Below are positions 1-14,006 of a stretch of 32,000 bases of DNA, piece after piece. The position numbers and the translations under genes are program-made. The DNA lies in assembly GCF_052908145.1 (NCBI RefSeq), contig NZ_CM128602.1. One strand, 5' to 3'. The notes beneath the pieces are model-generated. The model was not told the origin of the DNA and made no database searches. It saw nothing but the letters and a program-made list of their open reading frames with translations. The first letter of the stretch is position 1, and every line of letters starts with the position of its first letter.

Positions 1-29
1 GACGGGCTTTTATGCCCAGGAGATGACTC

Positions 30-1640
30 ATGATGAGCAATGTTAAGAAAAAAGATGTGCCGCTGATAAGCATCAGCCTGGTGGCCATTCTTTTCATCGC
101 AGCTGCATTAAGCCTTTTCCCACAACAATCGGCCGACGCGGCCAACGCAATATACACTTTTGTTACGCGTACGTTAGGTTCCGCCGTACAGGTATTGGTT
201 TTGCTGGCAATGGGACTGGTGATTTATTTAGCCACCAGTAAATACGGCAATATTCGTCTTGGCGAAGGAAAACCGGAATACAGCACGCTCTCCTGGCTGT
301 TTATGTTTATTTGTGCCGGTTTAGGTTCTTCTACGCTTTATTGGGGGGTTGCTGAATGGGCCTATTATTATCAAACGCCTGGATTAAATATCGCACCGCG
401 TTCACAACAGGCACTCGAATTTAGCGTCCCTTACTCCTTCTTCCACTGGGGCATCAGCGCCTGGGCAACTTATACGCTGGCCTCATTAATCATGGCTTAT
501 CACTTTCATGTGCGTAAAAACAAAGGTCTGAGTCTTTCCGGCATTATTGCCGCGATTACCGGCGTTCGCCCGCAAGGCCCATGGGGAAAACTGGTTGATT
601 TGATGTTCCTGATCGCCACTGTCGGCGCACTGACTATTTCCCTTGTTGTCACCGCAGCAACCTTTACTCGTGGACTTTCCGCGCTGACCGGTTTACCCGA
701 TAACTTCACCGTGCAGGCATTTGTGATCCTGCTTTCCGGCGGCATTTTTTGCCTAAGCTCGTGGATTGGTATCAACAACGGTTTGCAACGTCTGAGCAAA
801 ATGGTTGGCTGGGGCGCGTTCCTGCTGCCATTACTGGTGCTGATTGTCGGCCCAACCGAATTTATTACCAGCAGCATCATCAATGCCATCGGTCTGACCA
901 CGCAAAACTTCCTGCAAATGAGCTTATTCACCGATCCGCTTGGCGATGGTTCATTTACCCGCAACTGGACCGTTTTCTACTGGCTGTGGTGGATCTCATA
1001 CACCCCTGGCGTAGCAATGTTTGTCACCCGCGTTTCCCGCGGTCGTAAGATTAAAGAAGTTATCTGGGGACTGATCCTCGGCAGCACCGTCGGTTGCTGG
1101 TTCTTCTTCGGCGTAATGGAAAGCTATGCCATTCATCAGTTTATCAATGGCGTAATCAACGTCCCACAGGTGCTGGAAACACTGGGCGGCGAAACAGCTG
1201 TACAGCAAGTTCTGATGTCGTTGCCAGCCGGTAAATTGTTCCTCGCCGCATACCTGGGCGTGATGATTATTTTCCTTGCCTCGCATATGGATGCAGTGGC
1301 CTACACCATGGCGGCGACCAGTACGCGTAATCTCCAGGAAGGTGACGATCCTGACCGTGGGCTGCGTCTTTTCTGGTGCGTGGTGATCACTCTGATCCCG
1401 CTTTCCATCTTGTTTACCGGTGCTTCGCTGGAAACGATGAAAACCACCGTCGTGCTCACAGCCCTTCCCTTCCTCGTCATTTTACTGGTGAAAGTCGGCG
1501 GATTTATTCGCTGGCTGAAACAGGATTACGCCGACATTCCGGCTCATCAAGTTGAACATTATCTCCCGCAGACACCGGTTGAAGCCCTGGAAAAAACACC
1601 AGTGCTCCCTGCGGGAACCGTATTCAAAGGCGACAACTGA
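30..1640 (+). CDS. yeaV: BCCT-family (betaine/carnitine/choline type) transporter
   Basis: Full 536-codon ORF with AGGAG 6 nt upstream of ATG30. The product is strongly hydrophobic and multi-spanning, and the N-terminal TM resembles CaiT/BetT-type proteins. Position upstream of yeaW-yeaX is as in E. coli. Confidence 0.85.
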   Translation: MMSNVKKKDVPLISISLVAILFIAAALSLFPQQSADAANAIYTFVTRTLGSAVQVLVLLAMGLVIYLATSKYGNIRLGEGKPEYSTLSWLFMFICAGLGSSTLYWGVAEWAYYYQTPGLNIAPRSQQALEFSVPYSFFHWGISAWATYTLASLIMAYHFHVRKNKGLSLSGIIAAITGVRPQGPWGKLVDLMFLIATVGALTISLVVTAATFTRGLSALTGLPDNFTVQAFVILLSGGIFCLSSWIGINNGLQRLSKMVGWGAFLLPLLVLIVGPTEFITSSIINAIGLTTQNFLQMSLFTDPLGDGSFTRNWTVFYWLWWISYTPGVAMFVTRVSRGRKIKEVIWGLILGSTVGCWFFFGVMESYAIHQFINGVINVPQVLETLGGETAVQQVLMSLPAGKLFLAAYLGVMIIFLASHMDAVAYTMAATSTRNLQEGDDPDRGLRLFWCVVITLIPLSILFTGASLETMKTTVVLTALPFLVILLVKVGGFIRWLKQDYADIPAHQVEHYLPQTPVEALEKTPVLPAGTVFKGDN

Positions 1641-1671
1641 GCGCCATCATCCTAACGATAAAGGTATCCCT

Positions 1672-2796
1672 ATGAGCAATCTGAGCCCTGACTTTGTACT
1701 ACCCGAAAATTTTTGCGCTAACCCGCAAGAGGCGTGGACCATTCCTGCCCGTTTTTATACCGATCAGAACGCGTTTGAACACGAAAAAGAGAACGTCTTC
1801 GCCAAAAGCTGGATTTGCGTCGCTCACAGCAGCGAACTGGCGAATGCCAATGATTATGTGACGCGTGAGATCATTGGCGAAAGCATCGTGCTGGTACGCG
1901 GTCGTGATAAGGTTTTGCGCGCGTTCTATAACGTGTGTCCGCACCGTGGTCATCAGTTGTTGAGCGGTGAAGGAAAAGCAAAAAATGTGATTACCTGCCC
2001 GTATCACGCATGGGCATTCAAACTCGATGGCAACCTGGCCCATGCACGTAACTGCGAAAACGTCGCCAATTTCGATAGCGACAAAGCGCAACTGGTTCCG
2101 GTGCGTCTGGAAGAATATGCCGGATTCGTCTTCATCAACATGGACCCCAACGCCACCAGCGTAGAAGATCAATTACCCGGCCTGGGCGCGAAAGTGCTGG
2201 AAGCCTGCCCGGAAGTCCACGATCTGAAACTGGCGGCCCGCTTTACCACCCGCACGCCTGCCAACTGGAAGAACATTGTCGATAACTATCTCGAGTGCTA
2301 TCACTGTGGTCCGGCGCATCCAGGTTTCTCCGACTCCGTACAGGTTGATCGTTACTGGCACACCATGCACGGTAACTGGACGCTGCAATACGGTTTCGCC
2401 AAACCGTCCGAACAGTCGTTTAAATTTGAAGAGGGTACGGATGCGGCATTCCACGGTTTCTGGCTGTGGCCGTGCACGATGCTGAACGTCACCCCGATCA
2501 AAGGGATGATGACGGTCATTTATGAATTCCCGGTGGATTCTGAAACTACCCTGCAAAACTACGATATTTACTTCACCAATGAAGAGTTAACCGACGAGCA
2601 AAAATCGCTGATTGAGTGGTATCGCGATGTGTTCCGTCCGGAAGATTTACGTCTGGTTGAAAGCGTACAGAAAGGGCTGAAATCGCGTGGCTATCGTGGT
2701 CAGGGGCGCATCATGGCCGACAGTAGCGGTAGTGGCATTTCCGAACATGGTATCGCCCATTTCCATAATCTGCTGGCGCAGGTGTTTAAGGACTAA
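1672..2796 (+). CDS. yeaW: Rieske (2Fe-2S) oxygenase subunit, carnitine monooxygenase type
   Basis: The track ORF starts at 1552, but ATG1672 (MSNLSPDF...) gives the 374-aa protein I recall for YeaW. The Rieske motif CPHRGH...CPYHAW is visible in the translation. Confidence 0.9.
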   Translation: MSNLSPDFVLPENFCANPQEAWTIPARFYTDQNAFEHEKENVFAKSWICVAHSSELANANDYVTREIIGESIVLVRGRDKVLRAFYNVCPHRGHQLLSGEGKAKNVITCPYHAWAFKLDGNLAHARNCENVANFDSDKAQLVPVRLEEYAGFVFINMDPNATSVEDQLPGLGAKVLEACPEVHDLKLAARFTTRTPANWKNIVDNYLECYHCGPAHPGFSDSVQVDRYWHTMHGNWTLQYGFAKPSEQSFKFEEGTDAAFHGFWLWPCTMLNVTPIKGMMTVIYEFPVDSETTLQNYDIYFTNEELTDEQKSLIEWYRDVFRPEDLRLVESVQKGLKSRGYRGQGRIMADSSGSGISEHGIAHFHNLLAQVFKD

Positions 2797-2851
2797 TGAC
2801 ATCGGCGGCGGTATTTTCCGCCGCTGGGCTGATTTTTGATGGAGTACAGCA

Positions 2852-3817
2852 ATGTCAGACTATCAAATGTTTGAAGTACAGGTGAGCCAGGTTGAACCCC
2901 TTACCGAACAGGTGAAACGCTTCACGCTGGTGGCAACCGATGGCAAACCATTACCTGCGTTTTCTGGAGGAAGTCACGTCATTGTGCAGATGAGCGATGG
3001 TGATAACCAGTACAGCAATGCGTATTCACTACTGAGTTCGCCGCATGACACCTCTTGTTATCAGATTGCCGTTCGGCTGAAGGAAAACTCGCGCGGCGGT
3101 TCCCGCTTTTTGCATCAGCAGGTAAAAGTGGGCAATCGGTTAACGATTTCAACGCCTAATAACCTGTTTGCGCTAATTCCCTCAGCCAGAAAGCATCTGT
3201 TTATCGCGGGCGGTATTGGTATCACCCCTTTCCTGTCGCACATGGCAGAGCTGCAACACAGCGACGTCGACTGGCAGCTACATTACTGCTCGCGAAATCC
3301 AGAAAGTTGCGCATTTCGTGATGAGCTAGTCCAGCATCCGCAGGCTGAGAAAGTTCACTTGCATCACTCATCAACCGGAACACGACTGGAATTAGCGCGA
3401 TTATTGGCGGATATCGAACCTGGCACACACGTTTATACCTGTGGTCCCGAGGCGCTAAATGAAGCGGTAAGAAGTGAAGCTGCGCGTCTGGACATCGCCG
3501 CCGATACGCTGCACTTTGAGCAATTTGCTATCGAAGACAAAACCGGCGATGCCTTTACCCTGGTGCTTGCCCGTTCCGGAAAAGAGTTTGTGGTGCCGGA
3601 AGAGATGACTATTTTGCAGGTTATTGAAAATAATAAAGCCGCGAAAGTGGAATGTTTATGTCGTGAAGGGGTATGCGGAACCTGCGAAACAGCAATACTG
3701 GAAGGTGAAGCTGACCATCGGGATCAGTATTTTAGCGATGAAGAGCGTGCCAGCCAGCAAAGTATGTTGATCTGTTGTTCGCGTGCGAAGGGTAAACGCC
3801 TGGTGTTGGATTTGTAG
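2852..3817 (+). CDS. yeaX: Reductase subunit (FMN/NAD-binding plus plant-type 2Fe-2S ferredoxin domain) partner of YeaW
   Basis: 321-aa ORF with GGAG upstream. The C-terminal CxxxxCxxC...C ferredoxin motif (CREGVCGTCE...C) is present, and the gene is adjacent to yeaW. Confidence 0.9.
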   Translation: MSDYQMFEVQVSQVEPLTEQVKRFTLVATDGKPLPAFSGGSHVIVQMSDGDNQYSNAYSLLSSPHDTSCYQIAVRLKENSRGGSRFLHQQVKVGNRLTISTPNNLFALIPSARKHLFIAGGIGITPFLSHMAELQHSDVDWQLHYCSRNPESCAFRDELVQHPQAEKVHLHHSSTGTRLELARLLADIEPGTHVYTCGPEALNEAVRSEAARLDIAADTLHFEQFAIEDKTGDAFTLVLARSGKEFVVPEEMTILQVIENNKAAKVECLCREGVCGTCETAILEGEADHRDQYFSDEERASQQSMLICCSRAKGKRLVLDL

Positions 3818-3824
3818 TTTGCCA

Positions 3825-3861
3825 AAGCCGGATGTGGCGCTGAGCGCGCCCAGTCCGGCTT
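3825..3861. terminator. REP-like GC-rich hairpin between convergent yeaX and rnd (bidirectional terminator candidate)
   Basis: Perfect 8-bp inverted repeat aagccgga (3825-3832) / tccggctt (3854-3861) encloses a second GC stem ggcgc/gcgcc. It sits in the 53-bp gap between two convergent stop codons. Confidence 0.5.
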
Positions 3862-3870
3862 CGGAAGATT

Positions 3871-4998
3871 TTACTGCGGATATTCCTGCAATAAATTGTG
3901 TAATGCTTCCGCCATCAGCTCACCACGCCAGCCGGAAATCAGCTCCGGCAAATTGTTCTGCGGTTTCAGTTTCCAGTGCCAGTTCAGCAGTTGGTTGATT
4001 TGCCGACGCGATGCCAGCAATTCGGCGCTGATCTTATGCGTTTCGCTCACGTCAGTAATCAGCGACTTAATCGCTTTAAACGCTTTACGATAACCAGGCA
4101 TGTCCATCAGGTTAAGCATCGGCTGCGGTAAGGCCTCTTCCGGCAATGTCTGCGCTTTTTCCACCAGCGCCAGCAGCGTTTTACCGTGAAAGCGGATTTC
4201 GCTACCGGATAAACCCAGGCTGTCCAGTTCGCCTAAACTTCCCGGCATATAACGCGCGACCGACCACAAATGCTCTTCACGCACGACAAAGTTCACCGCC
4301 AGATCGCGCTCTCGCGCCTTGCGCAGTCGCCAGTCGGCTAACAGTTGCAGACAGGCCAGTTGGCGTGTGCGTAATTGCCAGGCATTGGTGATATCACGCC
4401 AGGCATCTTCCGGCGCAACGACTTCCTGACGACGCATTTGCATCAGGCGGCATTCATCCAGCGCCGCAGGTAGCCAGCCGGAGGCCTCCGTTTCTACCAT
4501 AAGCTTGGCGGTGATCGGTAACAGATACCAGACATCCGCCGCTGCGTATTCACACTGACGTTCGGTCAGCGGTCTGGCCAGCCAGTCGGTGCGCGATTCA
4601 CTCTTGTCCAGCGTAACGCCGGAATACTCTTCCACCATGGAAGCGAAACCCCATGACATCGGGCGTCCGCAGAAGGCAGCAAGGATTTGCGTGTCAATCA
4701 AGGGTTGTGGTAATTCGCCAAAGACATTGAGGAACACTTCCAGATCTTCACTGCCTGCATGGAGAAATTTTGTGATGGACGGATCGCGCAGGATCGCTTT
4801 CAGCGGTGACCAGTCGGTGATCCCGAGAGGATCAATTAGCGCCAGATGCTCGCCATCGAAAAGTTGAATCAACCCCAGCTGCGGGTAATAAGTGCGCGTA
4901 CGAACAAATTCAGTATCCAGGGCTATCGCCGGAAAGGCACGGACGGCTTCACACAAAGAAGCCAGCGCATCGTCCGTGGTAATCATTTGGTAATTCAA
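3871..4998 (-). CDS. rnd: Ribonuclease D
   Basis: The 375-aa ORF matches my recollection of Rnd (MNYQMITTDDAL...). The first codon is TTG (plus-strand caa at 4996-4998), consistent with the known UUG start of rnd. Confidence 0.93.
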   Translation of the reverse strand: MNYQMITTDDALASLCEAVRAFPAIALDTEFVRTRTYYPQLGLIQLFDGEHLALIDPLGITDWSPLKAILRDPSITKFLHAGSEDLEVFLNVFGELPQPLIDTQILAAFCGRPMSWGFASMVEEYSGVTLDKSESRTDWLARPLTERQCEYAAADVWYLLPITAKLMVETEASGWLPAALDECRLMQMRRQEVVAPEDAWRDITNAWQLRTRQLACLQLLADWRLRKARERDLAVNFVVREEHLWSVARYMPGSLGELDSLGLSGSEIRFHGKTLLALVEKAQTLPEEALPQPMLNLMDMPGYRKAFKAIKSLITDVSETHKISAELLASRRQINQLLNWHWKLKPQNNLPELISGWRGELMAEALHNLLQEYPQ

Positions 4999-5022
4999 AT
5001 TGTTTTCTCTTTAGTGGGCGTC

Positions 5023-5048
5023 AAAAAAAACGCCGGATTAACCGGCGT
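5023..5048 (-). terminator. fadD terminator hairpin plus U8 tract, which also forms the rnd 5' leader structure
   Basis: On the minus strand, stem acgccgg/ccggcgt (5030-5036 / 5042-5048) is followed by eight U (plus-strand A8 at 5023-5030). It lies 20 nt downstream of the fadD stop and about 25 nt upstream of the rnd UUG. Confidence 0.75.
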
Positions 5049-5067
5049 CTGACGACTGACTTAACAC

Positions 5068-6753
5068 TCAGGCTTTATTGTCCACTTTGCCGCGCGCTTC
5101 GTCACGTAATTCTCGTCGCAAAATTTTTCCGACGTTAGATTTCGGTAACTCATCACGAAACTCCACCAGCTTCGGTACTTTGTAGCCCGTGAGCTGACGG
5201 CGGCAAAAGGTCACCAGTGACTCTTCGGTAAGCGATGGATCTTTTTTCACTACGAAGATTTTCACCGCTTCACCACTGGAGCCGGAAGGTACGCCAACAG
5301 CCGCGACTTCCTGTACGCCAGGATGCTGCATGACGACATCTTCAATCTCGTTGGGATAGACGTTAAAACCGGAAACCAGAATCATGTCTTTTTTACGATC
5401 GACAATGCGCAGGAACCCTTCTTCATCCATCACCGCGATGTCGCCGGTGTGTAACCAGCCATTTTTGATGATCTCATCTGTAGCATCCGGACGCTGCCAG
5501 TAACCCAGCATCACCTGCGGTCCTTTGACACAAAGCTCACCCGGTTGACCCGGTGGTACTTCATTATCATCATCATCCACCAGTTTGGCTTCCGTCGACG
5601 GCACCGGCAAACCGATGCTACCACTATGATAATCAATATCATATGGGTTAACGCTGACCAGCGGCGCACACTCGGTAAGGCCATAGCCTTCCAGCAGATA
5701 CTGTCCTGTCAGTTTCACCCAACGCTCTGCCACCACTTGCTGCACTGGCATCCCTCCGCCTGCGGAAAGATGCAGACTGGAGAAATCCAGCTGCTGGAAC
5801 TCTTTATTGTTCAGCAACGCATTGAACAAGGTGTTAACGCCCGTGATAGCGGTAAACGGATATTTCGCTAACTCTTTTACCAACCCTGGAATATCGCGCG
5901 GGTTAGTGATAAGCAGGTTCTGCCCACCCAGTTCGATAAACAGCAGGCAGTTAATGGTCAGGGCAAAAATGTGATACAGCGGCAGCGCCGTCACCACCAG
6001 CTCTTTGCCCGGATGCAACAGCGGACCATAGGTCGCGTTAACCTGTTCCAGGTTCGCCAGCATATTGCGGTGAGTCAGCATCGCGCCTTTCGCCACACCA
6101 GTGGTGCCGCCGGTGTATTGCAGAAAAGCTAAATCTTCCGGCACCAGTTCGGGTTTGACGTACTGCATCCGGTAGCCGTTATGCAGTGCGCTACGAAATG
6201 AAATGGCATCTGGCAGATGGTATTTCGGCACCAAACGCTTGATGTATTTAACAACGAAATTGACTACCGTGCCTTTTGCCGTAGATAGCTGATCGCCCAT
6301 ACGGGTCAGAATTACGTGCTGAACGGCGGTTTTATCAACCACTTTTTCCAGTGTGTGAGCAAAGTTAGACACGATAACAATCGCCGATGCGCCGCTATCG
6401 TTAAGCTGATGCTCAAGCTCACGCGGGGTATACAACGGGTTAACGTTTACGACGATCATCCCGGCACGCAAAATGCCAAACAGCGCCACCGGATATTGCA
6501 ATAAATTAGGCATCATCAACGCAACGCGATCGCCTTTCTTCAGCCCCAACCCTTGTTGCAAATAAGCGGCAAACGCGCGACTGCGTTCTTCCAGCTTGCG
6601 GAAGGTCATTACCTCCCCCATATTCACAAACGCAGGCTGATCGGCGTAGCGCGCGACCGACTGCTCAAACATATCTACCAGAGATTGATAACGGTCAGGG
6701 TTGATCTCCGTCGGAACGTCCGCGGGATAACGGTTAAGCCAAACCTTCTTCAA
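5068..6753 (-). CDS. fadD: Long-chain fatty acyl-CoA synthetase
   Basis: The track ORF (583 aa) extends upstream. TTG at 6753 preceded by GAGGTG gives the 561-aa FadD ([13 protein letters not shown]...). The AMP-binding motif [12 protein letters not shown] is present. Confidence 0.92.
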
Positions 6754-6825
6754 TTCTTCACCTCTAAAATGCGTGTTCGTCGTCATCGCAACCCCAAATG
6801 ATATACATGCCGTTAACATAATATT

Positions 6826-6842
6826 AACTCATCATACCAGCT
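6826..6842 (-). promoter_or_regulatory. FadR operator (proximal) of fadD
   Basis: The minus strand reads AGCTGGTATGATGAGTT. This fits the FadR consensus (ANCTGGTCNGANNTGTT type) and my recollection of the fadD promoter site. Confidence 0.7.
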
Positions 6843-6911
6843 TGATAATTACCCAACGAAAAGGTTGCGAAGCGCGTCACTATTTATTTTTATCTTTACC
6901 GTAAGAATGCA

Positions 6912-6928
6912 GAAACAGCGGACCAGCC
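6912..6928 (-). promoter_or_regulatory. FadR operator (distal) of fadD, embedded in a 10-bp inverted repeat
   Basis: The minus strand reads GGCTGGTCCGCTGTTTC. The site lies inside the perfect inverted repeat gaaacagcgg/ccgctgtttc (6912-6939), just downstream of the yeaY stop. Confidence 0.65.
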
Positions 6929-6957
6929 GCTGTTTCTTTTTCTTTAAAAACAAGCAA

Positions 6958-7539
6958 TTATTCAGTTACAACTGTTTGTACTCTCGCGGGGCCGGGATTA
7001 TACCAGCCCCATCCGCCATAGCCATAGGGCCAGCCACGACCGCCATAAAACCATGGATCAATCGGCTGAGGCGGCATAATCACCTGCTGGGTTAAATGCC
7101 AACGTTTGTAACCCGTTACTTGCATCACCATAAATTTATAGGGCGTGTTGCCGATTTTTCCGTCAACCGCACCAGTGATTGGCCCGACTACCGTAACCAG
7201 TTGTCCACGGAAATCCACCGGGTCCAGAAAACCGTTCATATCGGCATAAATGCGACCGCGAGAAGGTTCTCCCAGCGTCGGTCTGGCTCCGCTGTCCAGC
7301 GGTACGGTAGCAATTTCCAGGCGGGTTTTCCCTTGCTGGTTTTGTACCGCAACCACTTTGCCACCAAAGCGTGCCTCCTGACCAACGTACAGCTGCGGCG
7401 CACTCATCACCCGAACTAAATCTTGTTGCGGCGTGGGACTGCTGCCTTTAATGGCGTCCGGCACAGTGACACAACCGCTCAGCATTAGCGCAAACGTACC
7501 TGCCAGTATGCCTTTGATAACATTCTTTTGAACCGCCAT
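6958..7539 (-). CDS. yeaY: Slp-family outer-membrane lipoprotein
   Basis: 193-aa ORF with a signal peptide and lipobox LMLSGC. Position and sequence match E. coli YeaY. Confidence 0.88.
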   Translation of the reverse strand: MAVQKNVIKGILAGTFALMLSGCVTVPDAIKGSSPTPQQDLVRVMSAPQLYVGQEARFGGKVVAVQNQQGKTRLEIATVPLDSGARPTLGEPSRGRIYADMNGFLDPVDFRGQLVTVVGPITGAVDGKIGNTPYKFMVMQVTGYKRWHLTQQVIMPPQPIDPWFYGGRGWPYGYGGWGWYNPGPARVQTVVTE

Positions 7540-7578
7540 GGTGCGACTCCTTTTTTTCTCAGGGCATACTCTTAAGAT

Positions 7579-8274
7579 TCATTCTTTGCCCGGAAGTTTC
7601 TTCCATGCGACGTTGTTACGTAAATAAACCGGTTCGGCATGTTCCACCGCCACCGTTTTACCCTCGGCAAACATCTGACACGCAATCGGCAGCATATCTT
7701 CAGCAGCAGGCAGTAACACTTCGCCATCGCGCAAAACCAGCCCGCTCTCTTTACCGAGATCCGGCCAGGCTTGCCAGCCCGTCCCTACCGTCACCCATTC
7801 GCCGGAAAGCTGTTGCATTCGTTCATGGACGATTTCGGGTTTGAGTACGGCTTCGGTTTCTTCACCGTGCCAGATACCGTTTTCATCACGCTGATATTCG
7901 GCCCAGTAAACTTCGCCCATTCGCGCGTCAATGGCTGACAGCACGCGGGTTGCGCCGTTTTTGCGCCACGCCCCTTGCGCCATCGTCATTAGCGTGGAGA
8001 CGCCAATCATCGGTAATTCCGCGCCAAGCGCCAGCCCTTGCGCGATGCCAATACCAATGCGCACGCCGGTAAAGCTACCGGGGCCGCGCCCGTAAGCCAG
8101 AGCGTTTATGTCAGTCAGGGAAGTTCCGCTGGTGGTCAGGATATCCTGCACCATCGGTAAGATTCGTTGAGTATGTTCACGAGGGCAAAGCTCAAAATGA
8201 GCGTTGACAGTACCGTCGTTCCACAGGGCGACAGAGCAGGCCTCTGTCGCGGTATCGATAGCCAGAATTCGCAT
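7579..8274 (-). CDS. tsaB: tRNA t6A37 threonylcarbamoyl-transfer protein TsaB
   Basis: The internal ATG at 8274 ([17 protein letters not shown]...) gives the 231-aa TsaB/YeaZ. The 13-codon upstream extension in the track ORF is unlikely to be translated. Confidence 0.9.
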   Translation of the reverse strand: MRILAIDTATEACSVALWNDGTVNAHFELCPREHTQRILPMVQDILTTSGTSLTDINALAYGRGPGSFTGVRIGIGIAQGLALGAELPMIGVSTLMTMAQGAWRKNGATRVLSAIDARMGEVYWAEYQRDENGIWHGEETEAVLKPEIVHERMQQLSGEWVTVGTGWQAWPDLGKESGLVLRDGEVLLPAAEDMLPIACQMFAEGKTVAVEHAEPVYLRNNVAWKKLPGKE

Positions 8275-8331
8275 GGGTCTTCGTGCTTTTTTCAATAAAA
8301 AGGCGCGCATCATACCATACTCCGTAACAAA

Positions 8332-10242
8332 TTACCTGGAGGATGGTATCGCAAGGAAACGAACCGCACGGGCAATGTCACGAGTGCGTGGCGCGGGCGG
8401 CAGACTGGCGAGAAACGTCGCGCCGTAAGGACGCATCACCAGCCGATTGTCACAAATCACCAGCACGCCACGATCGTCGGCGTCGCGAATCAGTCGCCCT
8501 ACCCCCTGTTTGAGAGTAATGACGGCATCTGGTAGTTGCACTTCATCGAACGGGTCGCCACCGCGCAAACGACAATCTTCCATGCGCGCTTTTAACAGTG
8601 GATCATCCGGCGAGGTAAACGGCAACTTGTCGATAATCACCAATGACAATGTATCGCCACGCACGTCCACCCCTTCCCAGAAACTACTGGTTGCCACAAG
8701 AAGCGCGTTACCGGCGCTGACAAATTGCTGCAACAGTTGCCCTTTGCTGGTTTCCCCCTGCAACAAAACGGGAAGCGTCATGGTAGCGCGGAACTGCTCG
8801 GCCAGATCACGCATCATGGCGTGCGAGGTACAAAGCATAAAACAACGACCGTTGTTAGCTTCGATGATCGGTCGCAGCATTGCCGCTAACTGGCGAGCAG
8901 AACCTGGCTGGTTGGTTTGCGGCAGATTGCGCGGCACACAGAGTAACGCCTGGCGGCTGTAATCAAACGGGCTTGGCAATAGCAACGACTCCGCCTGTTC
9001 TATCCCAAGCCGCGAGGTGAAATGATGCAGATCGTCGTTCACCGACAGCGTTGCTGAGGTGAAGATCCAGCTACCAGGCTTTTGCGCCATTAACTCTTTG
9101 AATTTATCCGCCACGCTGAGCGGCGTGAGAGCCAGAGTAAAATGGCGCGAAGTGCATTCGTACCAGTAGCTGTAGCCCGGCTGATTGATCTCTTTTAGCC
9201 GCTTCAGCCGTGTGCGATACAACGTAGCGCGCTCAAATGCCGCATCCAGCAAGGCGGAACGCCCCAGTGACAGTTTCGCCACGTCATAACAAAGTTCCAG
9301 GGTGTCATCGAGCAGTAAAAATGCCCGCTGAATTTGCGGATTAGCTAACAGCTCACGCAGGTTACCGCGATAACCTGGCTCACCGAGTTGCAGACGAAAA
9401 TCCTGCGCACTCTGGGCAAGACGATCAGCGCACTTTTGTAACTGCTGGGTGTCTTTTAATTCGGTGCGGTAGGCGATGGTGATGTCTTTTGCCAGGTCGA
9501 GCAGTTGTCGACTGGAGAGTGACTGACCAAAATACTGGCTGGCAATGTCCGGTAGCTGGTGGGCTTCGTCGAAGATCATGACGTCCGCTTCCGGGATCAG
9601 TTCGCCAAATCCACTCTCTTTAACCACCATATCCGCCAGAAAGAGATGATGGTTTACCACCACCACATCGGCGTCCATCGCTTTTTTACGTGCTTTGACC
9701 ACAAAGCAATCTTTATACATCGGGCAGTCGCTGCCAAGACAGTTGTCGTTGGTGCTGGTGACCAGCGACCACGCCTGTGAATCTTCCGCCACGCTGACGC
9801 AGGTGCTGATATCACCATCGACTGTTTGATTAGACCAGGAGCGCAGCAGGATCACATCGCTTAAGATTTGTACCGGCAGATCGCCCCCCGCCAGCGCCTG
9901 CTGTTCGAGACGTTCGAGGCAGAGGTAGTTTGAGCGTCCTTTCAGCAGCGCCACGTTGCCCGTATATTTCAATGCCTTTGAGACTGTTGGCAAATCGCGG
10001 CTGTAGAGCTGATCCTGCAACGCTTTTGAGCCGGTCGAGATAATGACTTTCTTTTTCGCCCGCAGCGCAGGAGCCAGGTAAGCGTAGGTTTTGCCCGTAC
10101 CGGTTCCTGCTTCCACCACCAGCGGCTGGCCTTTTTCTATCGCCTGGGTGACGGCTACCGCCATCTGTCGCTGTGGTTCTCGCGGCTTAAAGCCTGGTAT
10201 CGCTTTCGCCAGCTGACCGTCTGGTGCAAAATCGTCCGTCAC
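8332..10242 (-). CDS. yoaA: DinG-family ATP-dependent DNA helicase (XPD/Rad3-like, Fe-S)
   Basis: GTG at 10242 (VTDDFAPDGQLAK...), preceded by AGGGGG, gives the 636-aa YoaA. Walker A AGTGTGKT and DEAH box (FDEAHQL) are visible. The 76 upstream codons of the track ORF run into the prophage end. Confidence 0.9.
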   Translation of the reverse strand: MTDDFAPDGQLAKAIPGFKPREPQRQMAVAVTQAIEKGQPLVVEAGTGTGKTYAYLAPALRAKKKVIISTGSKALQDQLYSRDLPTVSKALKYTGNVALLKGRSNYLCLERLEQQALAGGDLPVQILSDVILLRSWSNQTVDGDISTCVSVAEDSQAWSLVTSTNDNCLGSDCPMYKDCFVVKARKKAMDADVVVVNHHLFLADMVVKESGFGELIPEADVMIFDEAHQLPDIASQYFGQSLSSRQLLDLAKDITIAYRTELKDTQQLQKCADRLAQSAQDFRLQLGEPGYRGNLRELLANPQIQRAFLLLDDTLELCYDVAKLSLGRSALLDAAFERATLYRTRLKRLKEINQPGYSYWYECTSRHFTLALTPLSVADKFKELMAQKPGSWIFTSATLSVNDDLHHFTSRLGIEQAESLLLPSPFDYSRQALLCVPRNLPQTNQPGSARQLAAMLRPIIEANNGRCFMLCTSHAMMRDLAEQFRATMTLPVLLQGETSKGQLLQQFVSAGNALLVATSSFWEGVDVRGDTLSLVIIDKLPFTSPDDPLLKARMEDCRLRGGDPFDEVQLPDAVITLKQGVGRLIRDADDRGVLVICDNRLVMRPYGATFLASLPPAPRTRDIARAVRFLAIPSSR

Positions 10243-10249
10243 ACTACCC

Positions 10250-13405
<3,156 letters not shown>

Positions 13406-13435
13406 CTGAATTTTTAACATTGAGGAGTCTGATTT

Positions 13436-13861
13436 ATGAATCAAATTTACGACAGTTTTCCGTTTCCTTCCCCTGAGGGTTTTACCGCAGGTATGACAAT
13501 GGCGGGATATTTTATTCACGCCACTGTCATAAATGATGAGGAGTTAAAACCCACGGGTTCTCATTATAACCCTGAGGCTAAACCCAAATATGCCATTGTT
13601 ATTGCCTATCCGTATGAGGACCGAAAATTAAAAGTCCGCCGTGAGGAGCATGAGCGATTTTCCTGTACTGAGGAGGATTTTAAATTTTTTAATTCATGTC
13701 CTGATTTGCAGGGCAAACCTGTTTATCTCACGGTGGATGTTAACTCATGGTCGACAGGCTCTGAACGTCATGGTGTCTGGTATCGTTTTATTTCCGGCTC
13801 CATGAAACGTTTTGACGGTCAGCCGCTGGGTGCGCTGCCCGCAGGTAAAGAAAAAGGCTGA
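13436..13861 (+). CDS. Hypothetical phage protein in the gene V (ssDNA-binding protein) position
   Basis: 141-aa ORF with GAGGAG 9 nt upstream of the ATG. The assignment is by position only; no motif was recognised. Confidence 0.45.
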   Translation: MNQIYDSFPFPSPEGFTAGMTMAGYFIHATVINDEELKPTGSHYNPEAKPKYAIVIAYPYEDRKLKVRREEHERFSCTEEDFKFFNSCPDLQGKPVYLTVDVNSWSTGSERHGVWYRFISGSMKRFDGQPLGALPAGKEKG

Positions 13862-13865
13862 TGAT

Positions 13866-14006
13866 ATGTCTGACGCTGATTTTCTGAACTTTGTTTTATT
13901 TGCTGCGCCTGCAATGATTTTATTTTCTTCAGGTTTTGTCATCGGAATAAAACTGATTCGCGCCTGTGACTCACAAAGCATTACTGTTCAGCGTTATTAT
14001 GACTGA
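13866..14006 (+). CDS. Small single-TM virion/assembly protein (pVII-like position)
   Basis: 46-aa ORF from ATG13866 (MSDADFLNFVLFAAPAMILFSSGFVIGI...) with one hydrophobic helix. It abuts the previous stop codon. Confidence 0.45.
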   Translation: MSDADFLNFVLFAAPAMILFSSGFVIGIKLIRACDSQSITVQRYYD

